Source of the DNA: Fidelibacterota bacterium
GTDB lineage: Bacteria; Fidelibacterota; Marinisomatia; Marinisomatales; Marinisomataceae
Assembly: GCA_019650355.1 (NCBI GenBank)
Contig: BOWX01000001.1
Location: 128,234-192,233, forward strand
Length of the DNA stretch: 64,000 nt
Reading direction: 5' to 3'
Positions within the stretch are counted from its first letter, which is position 1, and each line of letters begins with the position of its first letter. The notes under the pieces are model-generated. The model saw only the letters and a list, made by a program, of their open reading frames with translations. It was not told the DNA's origin and did not search any database. Made by a program: the position numbers and the translations under genes. Positions 10,767 through 21,228 of this stretch are shown piece by piece.

Positions 10767-11765
10767 ATGGATTTTCATCAAATAAAATCCATTATCGATA
10801 AACACGATAAAATCTTTATTTCATCTCACATAAATCCAGATGGAGATAGCCTAGGTTCTGCTTACGCTATGTACAAATATTTAGATTCAATTGGCAAAGA
10901 TTGCATTATTGTTAATCACTCTCCAATACCAGAAGTATATAATTTTTTGAATGAGGATAATATTTTTCAAGAGCTGGATGGAGATTCAGCATCATTTATT
11001 AAAAAAGCAGATTTAGGATTGATATTAGATATAGGAGATTTTTATAGATTGGGAGATGTGGCATTTTTAGTAGAGGAAAATGATATTCAAACGTTGAGCA
11101 TTGATCATCACGCAAAATCTGATAATGATTTATTTAAGAATGAATATATTGATGTCAAAGCATCATCAGTAGGTGAAATTTTATATTCATTTTTTAAAGA
11201 GATTGATCAAAAAATTTCAGAAGAAATGATGTTAGGTATTTATGTTGCTGTTCTAACAGACACTGGTTCATTTAGACATAGTAACACAACTGATCTTTGT
11301 CATCAAGTTGCCGTAGATGCAATTCAAATGGGATTAGATATCTCTAAAGTTTATCAAAACATTTATGAAAACTCTTCTGTTAGCAGAATGAAACTTTTAG
11401 GAAATGTGATTCAAAAATTAAATTATGACTGCAATGATGAGTTAGTTTGGTTTTCTTTGAATCATGACATGATTAAAGAGGTCAATGGCTCAAATCAAGA
11501 TTTTGACGGGTTTACAGATTTTTTTAGAGGAATTAAGGGAGTTGAAGTTTCCTTAATGCTTTATGACCTTGGAGGAAAAGTTAGATTAAGCTTTAGATCT
11601 AAGGGAAAGTACAAAGTTAGTGAGATTGCAAAAAAAATGGGTGGAGGCGGACATCCTTTTGCAGCTGCAGCACTAGTAGAAGGTGAATTTTCAGATGTCA
11701 AATCAACAGTTTTAAATTTAATGTCAACATATATAAGCAAGTTCAATGAAGATAATCTTAGCTAA
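10767..11765 (+). CDS. nrnA: DHH/DHHA1 phosphoesterase (NrnA-like oligoribonuclease/pAp phosphatase)
   Basis: Motifs 'HINPDGDSLGS', 'DHH' (SIDHHAKS) and 'GGGHPFAAAA'. Confidence 0.75.
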   Translation: MDFHQIKSIIDKHDKIFISSHINPDGDSLGSAYAMYKYLDSIGKDCIIVNHSPIPEVYNFLNEDNIFQELDGDSASFIKKADLGLILDIGDFYRLGDVAFLVEENDIQTLSIDHHAKSDNDLFKNEYIDVKASSVGEILYSFFKEIDQKISEEMMLGIYVAVLTDTGSFRHSNTTDLCHQVAVDAIQMGLDISKVYQNIYENSSVSRMKLLGNVIQKLNYDCNDELVWFSLNHDMIKEVNGSNQDFDGFTDFFRGIKGVEVSLMLYDLGGKVRLSFRSKGKYKVSEIAKKMGGGGHPFAAAALVEGEFSDVKSTVLNLMSTYISKFNEDNLS

Positions 11766-12612
11766 AGACGCAGGATATTGTTTTGGAGTAAGAGATGCTG
11801 TAAATAGCGCTTACGAAATGAGCAAAAAATATGGAGAAGTCTATATGTTGGGAGATATTGTTCATAATGAAAGTGTCGTAAGTGATTTAGAAAAAGAAGG
11901 TGTAAAAGTTGTTGAGAAACTTGATCAGATTCCAAAAGACAAACCTGTTCTTTTTAGAGCTCACGGTACTGCAAAAGAGGTTTGGAAAAAAGCTGAAGAT
12001 AAAAAAATGAATATTATCGATGCTACATGCCCTTTAGTTCATGAAATACATCATGAAGTAAAAGCATTACATAAAGAAGGTAGAAAAATTATTATTATTG
12101 GAGACCATGGTCACGATGAGGTGATTGGAATTGCTAGTCAAATACCAGATCCAGTGATTGTTGCTTCAGTAGAAGAAGCTGAAGCACTGAGAAAAACAAA
12201 GAAAGCTGGAGTTGTAACTCAATCAACCCAAACAATCGAAAACGTGCAAGATATTATAAACATTTTAATGACAAAAGTATTTGATTTAAGATTTGTTAAT
12301 ACGATTTGCTTTCCAACTAAAAGAAATCAAGAACAAATTAAAGAGTTGTCTGAAGTAACTGACTTAATGATCATTATTGGATCATTTACAAGCGCTAATT
12401 CCAAACGTCTAGCTGAATTGAGCTCAGAAAGGAATGAAAATACATTTCAGGTGACTTGTGCTGCAGAAATTGATTCATCTTGGTTTAAAGATGATGTAAA
12501 TTCTGTAGGAATATCCGCCGGAGCTTCAACTCCAGACTGGATAATCGAATCAGTAATTAAAAAAGTCAAAGAAATAACAAATACACAAGAAAAGGAAATA
12601 ATTCATGAGTAA
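11746..12612 (+). CDS. ispH: 4-hydroxy-3-methylbut-2-enyl diphosphate reductase
   Basis: 288 aa. N-terminus '[14 protein letters not shown]', '[10 protein letters not shown]' and 'NTICFPT' carry the conserved IspH Cys ligands. Confidence 0.9.
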   Translation: MKIILAKDAGYCFGVRDAVNSAYEMSKKYGEVYMLGDIVHNESVVSDLEKEGVKVVEKLDQIPKDKPVLFRAHGTAKEVWKKAEDKKMNIIDATCPLVHEIHHEVKALHKEGRKIIIIGDHGHDEVIGIASQIPDPVIVASVEEAEALRKTKKAGVVTQSTQTIENVQDIINILMTKVFDLRFVNTICFPTKRNQEQIKELSEVTDLMIIIGSFTSANSKRLAELSSERNENTFQVTCAAEIDSSWFKDDVNSVGISAGASTPDWIIESVIKKVKEITNTQEKEIIHE

Positions 12613-13477
12613 AGAGTCTTTCAAAGTTAAAGTCGGTTTAGCAGAAATGCTAAAAGGTGGGGTAATTATGGACGTTACTAATTTAGAACAAGCTAAAATT
12701 GCAGAAGATGCAGGAGCAGTTTCTGTTATGGCTTTAGAGAGAATTCCATCTGATATTAGAAAAGATGGTGGTGTTGCAAGAATGAGCAACCCTCATATGA
12801 TAAAAGAAATACAGGATAATGTTTCAATACCAGTGATGGCAAAATGTAGAATTGGTCATTTTGCAGAAGCACAAATTTTAGAAGCCTTAGAAGTTGACTT
12901 CATTGATGAAAGTGAAGTACTTACAACGGCTGATGAGCATGCACATGTAGATAAACATCCTTTTAAGGTTCCATTTGTATGTGGAGCAAGAGACTTAGGT
13001 GAAGCCCTAAGAAGAATAAATGAAGGTGCTGCGTTGATTAGAACTAAAGGTGAAGCTGGTAGTGGAAATATTGTTGAAGCTGTAAGGCATATGAAAATGA
13101 TTACTTCACAAATTATTGAACTAAAAGATGCTGATTTATCAAAAAAAGCAGAAGAATTTAGAGTTCCATTAGATTTAGTAGAAGAGGTAGCTAAAAATCA
13201 AAAACTAACGGTTCCTAATTTTGCTGCTGGAGGAATTGCTACTCCCGCAGATGCTTCTTTAATGATGCAACTCGGTGCTGAAACAGTTTTTGTTGGTTCT
13301 GGTATTTTTAAAAGTCAAGATCCATCAGAAAGAGCTCATGCTATTGTTAAAGCTGTTACACATTTTAAGAGCGCAAAAGATGTTTTAACTGCTTCGTACG
13401 ATTTAAAAGATGCCATGAAGGGAATTTTAATGTCTGACATTCCTGAAGATGAAAAATTTTCAAATAGAGGTGACTAA
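12605..13477 (+). CDS. pdxS: Pyridoxal 5'-phosphate synthase, lyase subunit
   Basis: 290 aa. The highly conserved PdxS sequence is present (GGVIMDV...[20 protein letters not shown]...). Confidence 0.95.
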   Translation: MSKESFKVKVGLAEMLKGGVIMDVTNLEQAKIAEDAGAVSVMALERIPSDIRKDGGVARMSNPHMIKEIQDNVSIPVMAKCRIGHFAEAQILEALEVDFIDESEVLTTADEHAHVDKHPFKVPFVCGARDLGEALRRINEGAALIRTKGEAGSGNIVEAVRHMKMITSQIIELKDADLSKKAEEFRVPLDLVEEVAKNQKLTVPNFAAGGIATPADASLMMQLGAETVFVGSGIFKSQDPSERAHAIVKAVTHFKSAKDVLTASYDLKDAMKGILMSDIPEDEKFSNRGD

Positions 13478-13479
13478 TT

Positions 13480-14046
13480 GTGATTGGTGTCCTTGCACTT
13501 CAAGGAAATTTTGATTCTCATATTAAAATTCTTAAAAAAATTAACTTAAAACATAAGCTAGTTAAAACAAGGGATGATCTAAGTTCTGTTGATGGTCTTA
13601 TAATTCCAGGAGGAGAATCTACAACAATAACTAATCTTTTGAGAAAGAATCAGAGTTTGATTGATGGTATTAATAAGCTTTCAAAAAATAAACCAATTTT
13701 GGGTTCATGTGCTGGACTTATTTTAATGTCTAAAGAATCAAACGATTCAAGAGTACATAACTTCGCTTTTTTAGATGTAATAACATGCAGAAATGCTTAT
13801 GGAAGACAAGTACACTCTTTTGAAGCCAAAATTAATGTTAAGAATGGCATAATGAGCTCTGATATCGATGTATTATTTATTAGAGCCCCAAAAATAGATA
13901 AAATAAATAACGATGTTGAGGTTCTAGCAACCTTTCAAAAAGAAGTTGTTGCAGTGAGGCAGGGAATACATATAGGAATTTCTTGTCATCCTGAATTATT
14001 GAATGAAACTTTAATACATGAAATTTGTTTCAAAGGAAAAACATGA
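13480..14046 (+). CDS. pdxT: Pyridoxal 5'-phosphate synthase, glutaminase subunit
   Basis: 188 aa. 'IGVLALQG', 'GGESTT' and a catalytic Cys in 'GSCAGLI'. It follows pdxS directly. Confidence 0.9.
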   Translation: MIGVLALQGNFDSHIKILKKINLKHKLVKTRDDLSSVDGLIIPGGESTTITNLLRKNQSLIDGINKLSKNKPILGSCAGLILMSKESNDSRVHNFAFLDVITCRNAYGRQVHSFEAKINVKNGIMSSDIDVLFIRAPKIDKINNDVEVLATFQKEVVAVRQGIHIGISCHPELLNETLIHEICFKGKT

Positions 14047-15914
14047 AATATCTTGATAAGATTAATTCTCCAAAAGATTTAAAAAGTATTCCAAAAGAGG
14101 AATTAGGAGAAGTATGCAAAGAACTTCGCACTTATATTACTGATACAATTAATGAAATTGGAGGACATTTAGCTCCAACGCTTGGCGCAGTTGAAATAAC
14201 AACTGCTGTTCATTATGTTTTCGATGCTCCAAGAGACAAAATCGTATGGGATACCGGTCATCAGGCATATGCTCATAAAGTACTAACTGGTAGATATAGT
14301 CAATTCCCAACTATTAGAAGATATAAAGGGTTAAGCGGTTTTTTAAAGAGATCTGAAAGTGAATATGATGTCTTTGGTGCTGGTCATGCATCAACAGCAA
14401 TTTCAGCTGGCTTAGGAATGGCTGTAAGTAGAAATTTAGAGAATGATGATTTTAAAGTAGTAAGTATTATTGGCGATGGAGCCTTATCTGGAGGACTTGC
14501 ATTTGAAGCCCTCAATAATGCTGGAAATATAAGAAAGCAAATGCTTGTTATTGTTAATGATAATGATATGTCTATAAGTCCTAATGTTGGGGCATTTAGA
14601 AACTACCTTGTTAAAATAGCTACCAATAAGCAATATAATAGATTGAGAAGATGGATTTATAGAACAATAAAAAAACTTCCAAAAAGTTTGAAAATTATAG
14701 AATCTATTTTAAGAAAAGCTGAGTCAAGTGCTAAAAAATTCTTTTTACCTACAACGGTTTTTGAAGATCTAGGTTTTAGATATTTTGGGCCAGTTGATGG
14801 TCATAATATCGAAGAAATGATAGAAATTTTGGAAAATATAAAAGATTATGACAGTCCTGTTGTGTTGCATACAATTACAAAAAAAGGAAAGGGTCTTGAT
14901 TACGCTGAGGATGATCCAATCAAATATCATGGAGTTAAAGAAAAGAAAAAAGATGATGCAGTTGTTAAAGTTCAAGCTCCAATATATCAGAATGTATTTG
15001 GAGAAGTGATATGTGATTTAGCAGAAAAAAATAAAAATATAGTTGCAATAACTGCTGCAATGAGAGAAGGGACTGGATTGGTTGAGTATTCTTCAAGATT
15101 TCCTGAAAGATTTTATGATGTTGGTATAGCTGAAGGTCATGCAGTAACTTTTAGTGGCGGGTTATCAACGGAAGGAAAAATTCCTGTTGTTGCAATTTAT
15201 TCAACCTTTCTTCAAAGAGCCTTTGATCATATAATTCATGATATTGCTTTACAAAATTTACCTGTCATTTTTTGCATGGATCGTTCTGGTTTAGTTGGTG
15301 AGGATGGTGCAACTCATCACGGTGTTTTAGATATTTCTTATTTAAGATGTATTCAAAATATTATTATTTCAGCACCAAAAGATGGAAATGAGTTAAGAGA
15401 TTTGCTTTATACTGCAACTTTAAATACAACTAAACCATTTACCATAAGATACCCTAAAGAACAGTCAGTAAAATTTGAAGAGAAATCTCCACAAAAGATT
15501 GAAATAGGCTCATGGGAGGTATTAACAGAAGGAAGTGACATACTTATTTTAGCAGTTGGATCAATGGTAAGTAAGAGCTTAGAAATACATAGTATGCTAA
15601 TGGAAAAAGGTATTTCCTCAGAGGTAGTTAATTGTAGATTTATCAAACCTATGGATGAAAATTATTTAAATGAATCTTTACCAAAATATAAATTAGTTGT
15701 TACAATTGAAGAAGGTGTGACAGATGGTGGATTTGGTGAAGGAGTAATAAACTGGTCAAATAAAAAGAATATTGAAAATTCTATTTTAACATTAGGTGTT
15801 CCAAACAGGTTTGTAGATCATGGACCAAGAAATATTTTATTAGAAGAAATAGGTTTAGATTCAATGACTTTATTCGAAAAGATTTATAATTTTTCAAGGA
15901 AATCAAATGAGTAA
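14043..15914 (+). CDS. dxs: 1-deoxy-D-xylulose-5-phosphate synthase
   Basis: The start MKYLDKINSPKDLK is ATGA-coupled to pdxT. 'GGHLAPTLG', 'DTGHQAY' and the TPP motif 'GDGALSGG' are present. Confidence 0.95.
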   Translation: MKYLDKINSPKDLKSIPKEELGEVCKELRTYITDTINEIGGHLAPTLGAVEITTAVHYVFDAPRDKIVWDTGHQAYAHKVLTGRYSQFPTIRRYKGLSGFLKRSESEYDVFGAGHASTAISAGLGMAVSRNLENDDFKVVSIIGDGALSGGLAFEALNNAGNIRKQMLVIVNDNDMSISPNVGAFRNYLVKIATNKQYNRLRRWIYRTIKKLPKSLKIIESILRKAESSAKKFFLPTTVFEDLGFRYFGPVDGHNIEEMIEILENIKDYDSPVVLHTITKKGKGLDYAEDDPIKYHGVKEKKKDDAVVKVQAPIYQNVFGEVICDLAEKNKNIVAITAAMREGTGLVEYSSRFPERFYDVGIAEGHAVTFSGGLSTEGKIPVVAIYSTFLQRAFDHIIHDIALQNLPVIFCMDRSGLVGEDGATHHGVLDISYLRCIQNIIISAPKDGNELRDLLYTATLNTTKPFTIRYPKEQSVKFEEKSPQKIEIGSWEVLTEGSDILILAVGSMVSKSLEIHSMLMEKGISSEVVNCRFIKPMDENYLNESLPKYKLVVTIEEGVTDGGFGEGVINWSNKKNIENSILTLGVPNRFVDHGPRNILLEEIGLDSMTLFEKIYNFSRKSNE

Positions 15915-17502
15915 AAAAGTTGAAAGAAAAGGTAGTTTTAAAAGCATTAGTGGTGATGAATTGAAGGACTTTTACTCATCATCCAACAATGAAAAAAACT
16001 ATAATATTGATCCAGGAAGTTTTCCATATACTAGAGGTATTCATAAGAATATGTATAGAGGAAAATTATGGACCATGAGACAATTTTCAGGATTCAGTAC
16101 CCCAGAAAAAACTAATGAACGATACAAATATTTACTTAAAAATGGTCAAACTGGCTTATCTGTAGCTTATGATATGCCAACTTTAATGGGTTATGATCCA
16201 GATCATGAGTTATCTTCAGGAGAGGTTGGTGTCTGTGGCGTAAATGTAGCTTCTTTACAGGATATGGAAATTCTTTTTGATGGAATAGACCTTGAAAAAA
16301 TTTCAGTATCACAGACAATAAATGGTCCTGCAATTATTCTTTTTGCATTTTATGTAGCACTTGCTAAGAAAAATGGAATAGATGTCAGTAAATTGAGAGG
16401 AACCTTACAAAATGATGCATTAAAAGAATATATGGCTCAAAAAGAGTGGATTTTTCCTCCTGAACCATCAGTTAAACTTGTTGTAGATATTATTGAATAT
16501 TGTTCCGAAAACATGCCATTATACAACCCTGTATCCGTCAGTGGATATCATATTAGAGAAGCTGGATCTACTGCTGCACAAGAGCTTGCTTTTACACTCA
16601 ATAATGGATTTGCATATATTGAAGAATGTTTAAAAAGAGGATTAAAAATAGATGATTTTGCCCATAGATTATCTTTTTTCTTTAATGCTCATATGGACTT
16701 TTTTGAAGAAATTGCTAAGTATAGAGCTGCACGAAGAATTTGGGCAAATCGACTAAAAGATAAATATGGTGCAAAAAATGAAAGTTCATTAAAACTTAAA
16801 TTTCATACTCAAACAGCAGGATGTTCATTAACAGCTCAACAGCCAGAAAATAATATTGTTCGAACAGCCTTTGAAGCAATGTCAGCAGTGTTAGGTGGAA
16901 CAAATTCTCTGCATACAAATTCATTGGATGAAACATTAGCATTGCCTTCAGAAAAAGCTGCAAAAATAGCGCTTAGAACCCAGCAAATTCTAGCTTTTGA
17001 AACTGGAGTACCTAATGTAGCTGATCCTCTTGGAGGATCATGGTATATTGAAGAATTGACTGATAAACTTGAAAAACAAGCTATTAGGTACTTTGAAGAA
17101 ATTCAAGAGATGGGTGGAACAGTGCAAGCTATAGAGGATGGTTATTTTCAAAAAAAAATAGCTGAATCTGCATCTATTTATCAAGAATCAGTTGATTCTA
17201 AAGAAAGAATTATTGTTGGAGTAAATGATTTTGTTGAGGAAGACGAAGAGTTAGATATAGAGATTCTCAAAATTTCAAGAGATGCTCAAGATACTCAAGA
17301 AGATAAAATAAAAACTCTAAGAAAAAATAGAGACAAAAAAATTTTGCAAGAAAAGATGAAAAAACTAAGCGATGCTTGCAAAAATGATTTAAATTTAGTT
17401 CCTTTTTTGATAGAAGTAGCTGAACAAGGCGGAACTGTCGGCGAAATCGTGGAAGTAATGAAAAAAGTTTATGGTGAATGGGAAGAATCTTTTGGAATAT
17501 AA
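15907..17502 (+). CDS. Methylmalonyl-CoA mutase family, large (substrate-binding barrel) subunit without a B12-binding domain
   Basis: 531 aa. 'PGSFPYTRGI', 'WTMRQFSGF' and 'GLSVAYDMPTLMGYD' are present. The protein ends before any DxHxxG cobalamin domain. Confidence 0.85.
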   Translation: MSKKVERKGSFKSISGDELKDFYSSSNNEKNYNIDPGSFPYTRGIHKNMYRGKLWTMRQFSGFSTPEKTNERYKYLLKNGQTGLSVAYDMPTLMGYDPDHELSSGEVGVCGVNVASLQDMEILFDGIDLEKISVSQTINGPAIILFAFYVALAKKNGIDVSKLRGTLQNDALKEYMAQKEWIFPPEPSVKLVVDIIEYCSENMPLYNPVSVSGYHIREAGSTAAQELAFTLNNGFAYIEECLKRGLKIDDFAHRLSFFFNAHMDFFEEIAKYRAARRIWANRLKDKYGAKNESSLKLKFHTQTAGCSLTAQQPENNIVRTAFEAMSAVLGGTNSLHTNSLDETLALPSEKAAKIALRTQQILAFETGVPNVADPLGGSWYIEELTDKLEKQAIRYFEEIQEMGGTVQAIEDGYFQKKIAESASIYQESVDSKERIIVGVNDFVEEDEELDIEILKISRDAQDTQEDKIKTLRKNRDKKILQEKMKKLSDACKNDLNLVPFLIEVAEQGGTVGEIVEVMKKVYGEWEESFGI

Positions 17503-17505
17503 ATT

Positions 17506-17913
17506 ATGAATAAAGTCACTACATCAACTCTTATTATTTTTGTCTTAATTGCTGGTTGGGTATTTTATCTAACGAATATTAAGAAAGATGATTCATTGAC
17601 TGTGAGATATTATTCTATTTCTGAACTAGCTATTGAATCAAATGATATTCAAAAAATAAAAGTTGGTGGTTACATAAAACCAAATTCAATAGATATCTCA
17701 GAAGATGATCAACTTGAAGTTTCTTTTTTTGTATATCAAAATAATGATAGTGTAAAGGTAACCTATTATGGAATTAGACCAGACCTCTTTAAAGATGATG
17801 CTGAGGTTGTAGTCTCTGGTTCATACTCTAATAATCTTATTTCAGCCACAGAATTGCAAACTAAATGTGCCTCCAGATACGAGGGCGATCTTAAAAACAT
17901 AGAAAAAATATAA
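17506..17913 (+). CDS. ccmE: Cytochrome c maturation haem chaperone CcmE, CxxxY variant
   Basis: 135 aa with an N-terminal TM anchor and OB-fold-like body. The C-terminal 'TKCASRYEG' sits where canonical CcmE has HxxxY. Confidence 0.8.
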   Translation: MNKVTTSTLIIFVLIAGWVFYLTNIKKDDSLTVRYYSISELAIESNDIQKIKVGGYIKPNSIDISEDDQLEVSFFVYQNNDSVKVTYYGIRPDLFKDDAEVVVSGSYSNNLISATELQTKCASRYEGDLKNIEKI

Positions 17914-19883
17914 TGATTTCTCAAATTGGTAGTATTGCAATCAGCCTAGCTGGAGGATTAATTTTTTCTTCATTTATATTTTTAGGTTTTTTCAAAAAAT
18001 TTAAGAATCAAACATATTTACAGGTCGCTGAAAGAGCAATTCTAGCAACTTCATATTGTATTTTTTTAGCATTTTTTTGTCTATTAAATGAATTATTAAT
18101 TAGCAATTTTAATTTACAATATGTAGCTCAATATACTAGCTATGAAACCCCTGTCTTTTATAAGGTTACTGCACTATGGGCTGGACAAGCTGGCTCATTA
18201 TTGTTTTGGTCTTTTATAACGGCTCTTTTTGCAGTTACATATATTTTTACAACTTTGAAAAAATTGAAAACATTAAAATTCCACTCTTATATAATTTTAT
18301 CTTTTATCTTTTCTTTTTTTATTCTCCTTTCAAATTTTATTGCAAATCCATTTGAACCTGTTTCTTCTGATATTATTGTTCAAAATGGAAACGGTCTAAA
18401 TCCATTATTACAAAATTTCTTTATGGCTATTCATCCTCCAATACTTTATGTCGGTTTTACTGGTTCAGCTATTATTTTCATAATGGCACTTGCAGCATCT
18501 ATATCAAGAGATATTTCCTTTGAATGGGTTCAATCTATTAGAAGATGGTCTTTATTTGTATGGACATTCTTATCTGCAGGTATCATTCTTGGAGGATATT
18601 GGGCATATAACGAGCTAGGATGGGGAGGATATTGGGCTTGGGATCCAGTTGAAAATTCATCATTAATGCCATGGCTTACATTAACAGCTTTCATTCATTC
18701 ATCAATGATTCAAGAAAAGAGAGGCATGTTAAAGAAATGGAACTTTTTACTTGCTACTTCAACTTACATACTTGTTATTCTTGGAACATTTATTACTAGA
18801 AGTGGAGTAATTTCATCTGTCCATTCATTTACAGCTGAAAATCTTGGTCCAATGTTTTTTGCATTTTTAGCGATACTAATTCTTTATACTGTTTTCTGGT
18901 TTTTTAAAAGAAAATCTTATTTAGATACTCCAGATAAAATTGATTCTTTTACATCAAGAGAAGGTGGATTTTTGTATAATAATTTAATTCTCATTTTAAT
19001 GTGTTTCACAATTATGTGGGGAACTCTATTTCCAATTTTATCTGAGGCATGGGATGGTAATAAGATTTATGTGGGAGCTTCTTATTTTAACCAATTAAAC
19101 ATTCCAATAGGACTTGTATTATTATTTTTAATGGGAATTGGACCATTACTTTCTTGGAATTATACTTCTCAAAGTGTCTTATTAAATAGATTTAAATTAC
19201 CATTAAGTATCAGTTTTTTATCTGGAATAGGATATATAATATTTTCAAGTTTATTTCAGTTATATGTTTTTGTCGCGATAATGGGTGTTTCATTTACCCT
19301 AAGCTCAATTCTAGGTGAATTTTATAAATCCTTTAAAAAACAAAAGAACTCATCAAATTTTTTACATTCTATTGTTAAAATGTTCTTAAGCAACAGACAT
19401 AAAAATGGAGGTTATATAGTACATATTGGAATTGTTTTATTATTCATAGGTTTCATTGGAAGAGCTTTTGAAGTTGAAAAAGAGTTTAGTTTATCACCAG
19501 GTGAACAAATTTATTTTTCTAATTATGTTTTTAAGTTAAATAGTATTAAAAGTGAAGCTAGAGATAATCACTATGCCTTTTTAAGTGAAATAGATGTTGT
19601 AGATAGTAGTACTAATCAATTATTGACTAATCTGAAGCCCGAGAAACGTATTTATTTTTATTGGAATTCAGATCCGGAAAAAAGACAACCTCATAGTGAG
19701 TTAGATATCTATAGTACTATTCAAAAAGATATATATTCCATTTTTTCTGGCTATGATGCACAGAAAAACATTGGTTATTTCAAAATAATGATTAATCCTT
19801 TGGTAAATTGGGTTTGGATTGGTGGAGTACTGATGGTAATTGGTTCTCTTTTTGCTTTCTGGCCATCAAGAAGAAATAATTAA
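17913..19883 (+). CDS. ccmF: Cytochrome c-type biogenesis protein CcmF
   Basis: 656 aa polytopic protein with the WWD motif 'WGGYWAWDPVEN'. Confidence 0.9.
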   Translation: MISQIGSIAISLAGGLIFSSFIFLGFFKKFKNQTYLQVAERAILATSYCIFLAFFCLLNELLISNFNLQYVAQYTSYETPVFYKVTALWAGQAGSLLFWSFITALFAVTYIFTTLKKLKTLKFHSYIILSFIFSFFILLSNFIANPFEPVSSDIIVQNGNGLNPLLQNFFMAIHPPILYVGFTGSAIIFIMALAASISRDISFEWVQSIRRWSLFVWTFLSAGIILGGYWAYNELGWGGYWAWDPVENSSLMPWLTLTAFIHSSMIQEKRGMLKKWNFLLATSTYILVILGTFITRSGVISSVHSFTAENLGPMFFAFLAILILYTVFWFFKRKSYLDTPDKIDSFTSREGGFLYNNLILILMCFTIMWGTLFPILSEAWDGNKIYVGASYFNQLNIPIGLVLLFLMGIGPLLSWNYTSQSVLLNRFKLPLSISFLSGIGYIIFSSLFQLYVFVAIMGVSFTLSSILGEFYKSFKKQKNSSNFLHSIVKMFLSNRHKNGGYIVHIGIVLLFIGFIGRAFEVEKEFSLSPGEQIYFSNYVFKLNSIKSEARDNHYAFLSEIDVVDSSTNQLLTNLKPEKRIYFYWNSDPEKRQPHSELDIYSTIQKDIYSIFSGYDAQKNIGYFKIMINPLVNWVWIGGVLMVIGSLFAFWPSRRNN

Positions 19884-19973
19884 ATGGAAATTTTTAATCA
19901 ATTCTTTATATTCTTTTTTCTTTTGGTCACAATTTTTTATGTTTTTTGGCCAATTATTAAGCAGATGAAATAA
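19884..19973 (+). CDS. Hypothetical 29-aa single-TM mini-protein between ccmF and ccmA
   Basis: MEIFNQFFIFFFLLVTIFYVFWPIIKQMK. Its ATG immediately follows the ccmF stop, and its stop is TAATG-coupled to the ccmA start. It exactly fills the gap between the two genes. Confidence 0.35.
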   Translation: MEIFNQFFIFFFLLVTIFYVFWPIIKQMK

Positions 19974-20572
19974 TGTTACAAGTAAAAAATCTTTCAAAAT
20001 CTTTTTCAAGTACACCAATATTGAATAATATAAATTTTTCTTTAGGGCTTGGAGAAATTTGTGCTGTTGTAGGAAATAATGGTTCTGGAAAAACTACTTT
20101 TCTTAAATGTCTTTCAGGATTAATGAATTTTGAGAGCGGATCCATAAATTTTAATTCTACAAAAGGTCATCTTTTTTTAAGTGATAAACTAAATATTTTC
20201 GGTGATTTAACTATTGAAGAAAACCTAAAGGTAATTTCTACGTATCATAATCAAAATTATGATACAAGAGTTTTTAATGATTCCCTTTTGGAGCTTAATA
20301 TTAGACAATTTAAAGAAATGCCATTAAAATTATTATCAAGGGGTAACATCCAAAGAAATAAGCTTTGTTTAGCAATGAATTTAAATTGGGATTATTTATT
20401 GATTGATGAACCGTTTAGTAATTTGGATACTGATGGTATTAAAATTTTTAAGGATATTTTTAATAATTTTAAATCAAAAAATAGGTCTATCATTTACTCA
20501 ACACATCAAAATTATCAAGAATTAAATTATGATAAGATTATTTCAATAGAAAACTTTAAGGGCATAAAATGA
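19973..20572 (+). CDS. ccmA: Haem exporter ABC ATPase CcmA
   Basis: 199 aa. Walker A 'GNNGSGKTT', signature-like 'LSRGNIQR', Walker B 'LLIDEP'. Sits within the ccm cluster. Confidence 0.8.
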   Translation: MLQVKNLSKSFSSTPILNNINFSLGLGEICAVVGNNGSGKTTFLKCLSGLMNFESGSINFNSTKGHLFLSDKLNIFGDLTIEENLKVISTYHNQNYDTRVFNDSLLELNIRQFKEMPLKLLSRGNIQRNKLCLAMNLNWDYLLIDEPFSNLDTDGIKIFKDIFNNFKSKNRSIIYSTHQNYQELNYDKIISIENFKGIK

Positions 20573-21228
20573 TTTTAAAACTCATGAAAAATGAATTTTT
20601 TTTAGAAAAAAAATCTTCATTTAATTTATTATATATTTCTTTTTTTGCAATATCATGTTTGATGTTTTTGCTTTTTTCATTCCCTTTATCCAAAATTTAT
20701 GACTCAACAGTATTTTCTGGATTCTTTTGGATTATTATTTCTCTTTCAACAATCAAGCTTATTGAAAATTCTTTTGCTAGAGAAAAAGATTATAATATTT
20801 ATGATCTTATTTATTCATCTTCAATTGATTTGACAAAGATTTATTTTGCTAAAATATTATCACTCAGTTTAATTCTTTTAGGGGTACAATTTATAATATT
20901 TTTTGGCTATATGATTTTATCTGATTTGAGTTTTGAAATTATATCAAATCTTATTTTATTAAGTATCGTTACAAACTTTGGATTATTATCTTTTGGTATA
21001 TTGATTTTTTTATTAACAAATACAAATACTTCAAAAAGCTTTTTATTTCCAGTTATATTTTTTCCTTTAATAGTTCCAATTCTTATAAATGCATCAAATA
21101 TTCTTTTTGGTATTATTATTGGAGAAATGTCATCTTTATATATTGAATCTTGGTTGATATTATTAACTTTTGCCTTAACTGGAATCCTTCTAGGAATAAA
21201 TTTATTTGAAAGGCTAATTAAACAATAA
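20569..21228 (+). CDS. ccmB: Haem exporter membrane subunit CcmB
   Basis: 219 aa, six-TM protein between ccmA and ccmC. The call rests on position and topology. Confidence 0.7.
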   Translation: MILKLMKNEFFLEKKSSFNLLYISFFAISCLMFLLFSFPLSKIYDSTVFSGFFWIIISLSTIKLIENSFAREKDYNIYDLIYSSSIDLTKIYFAKILSLSLILLGVQFIIFFGYMILSDLSFEIISNLILLSIVTNFGLLSFGILIFLLTNTNTSKSFLFPVIFFPLIVPILINASNILFGIIIGEMSSLYIESWLILLTFALTGILLGINLFERLIKQ

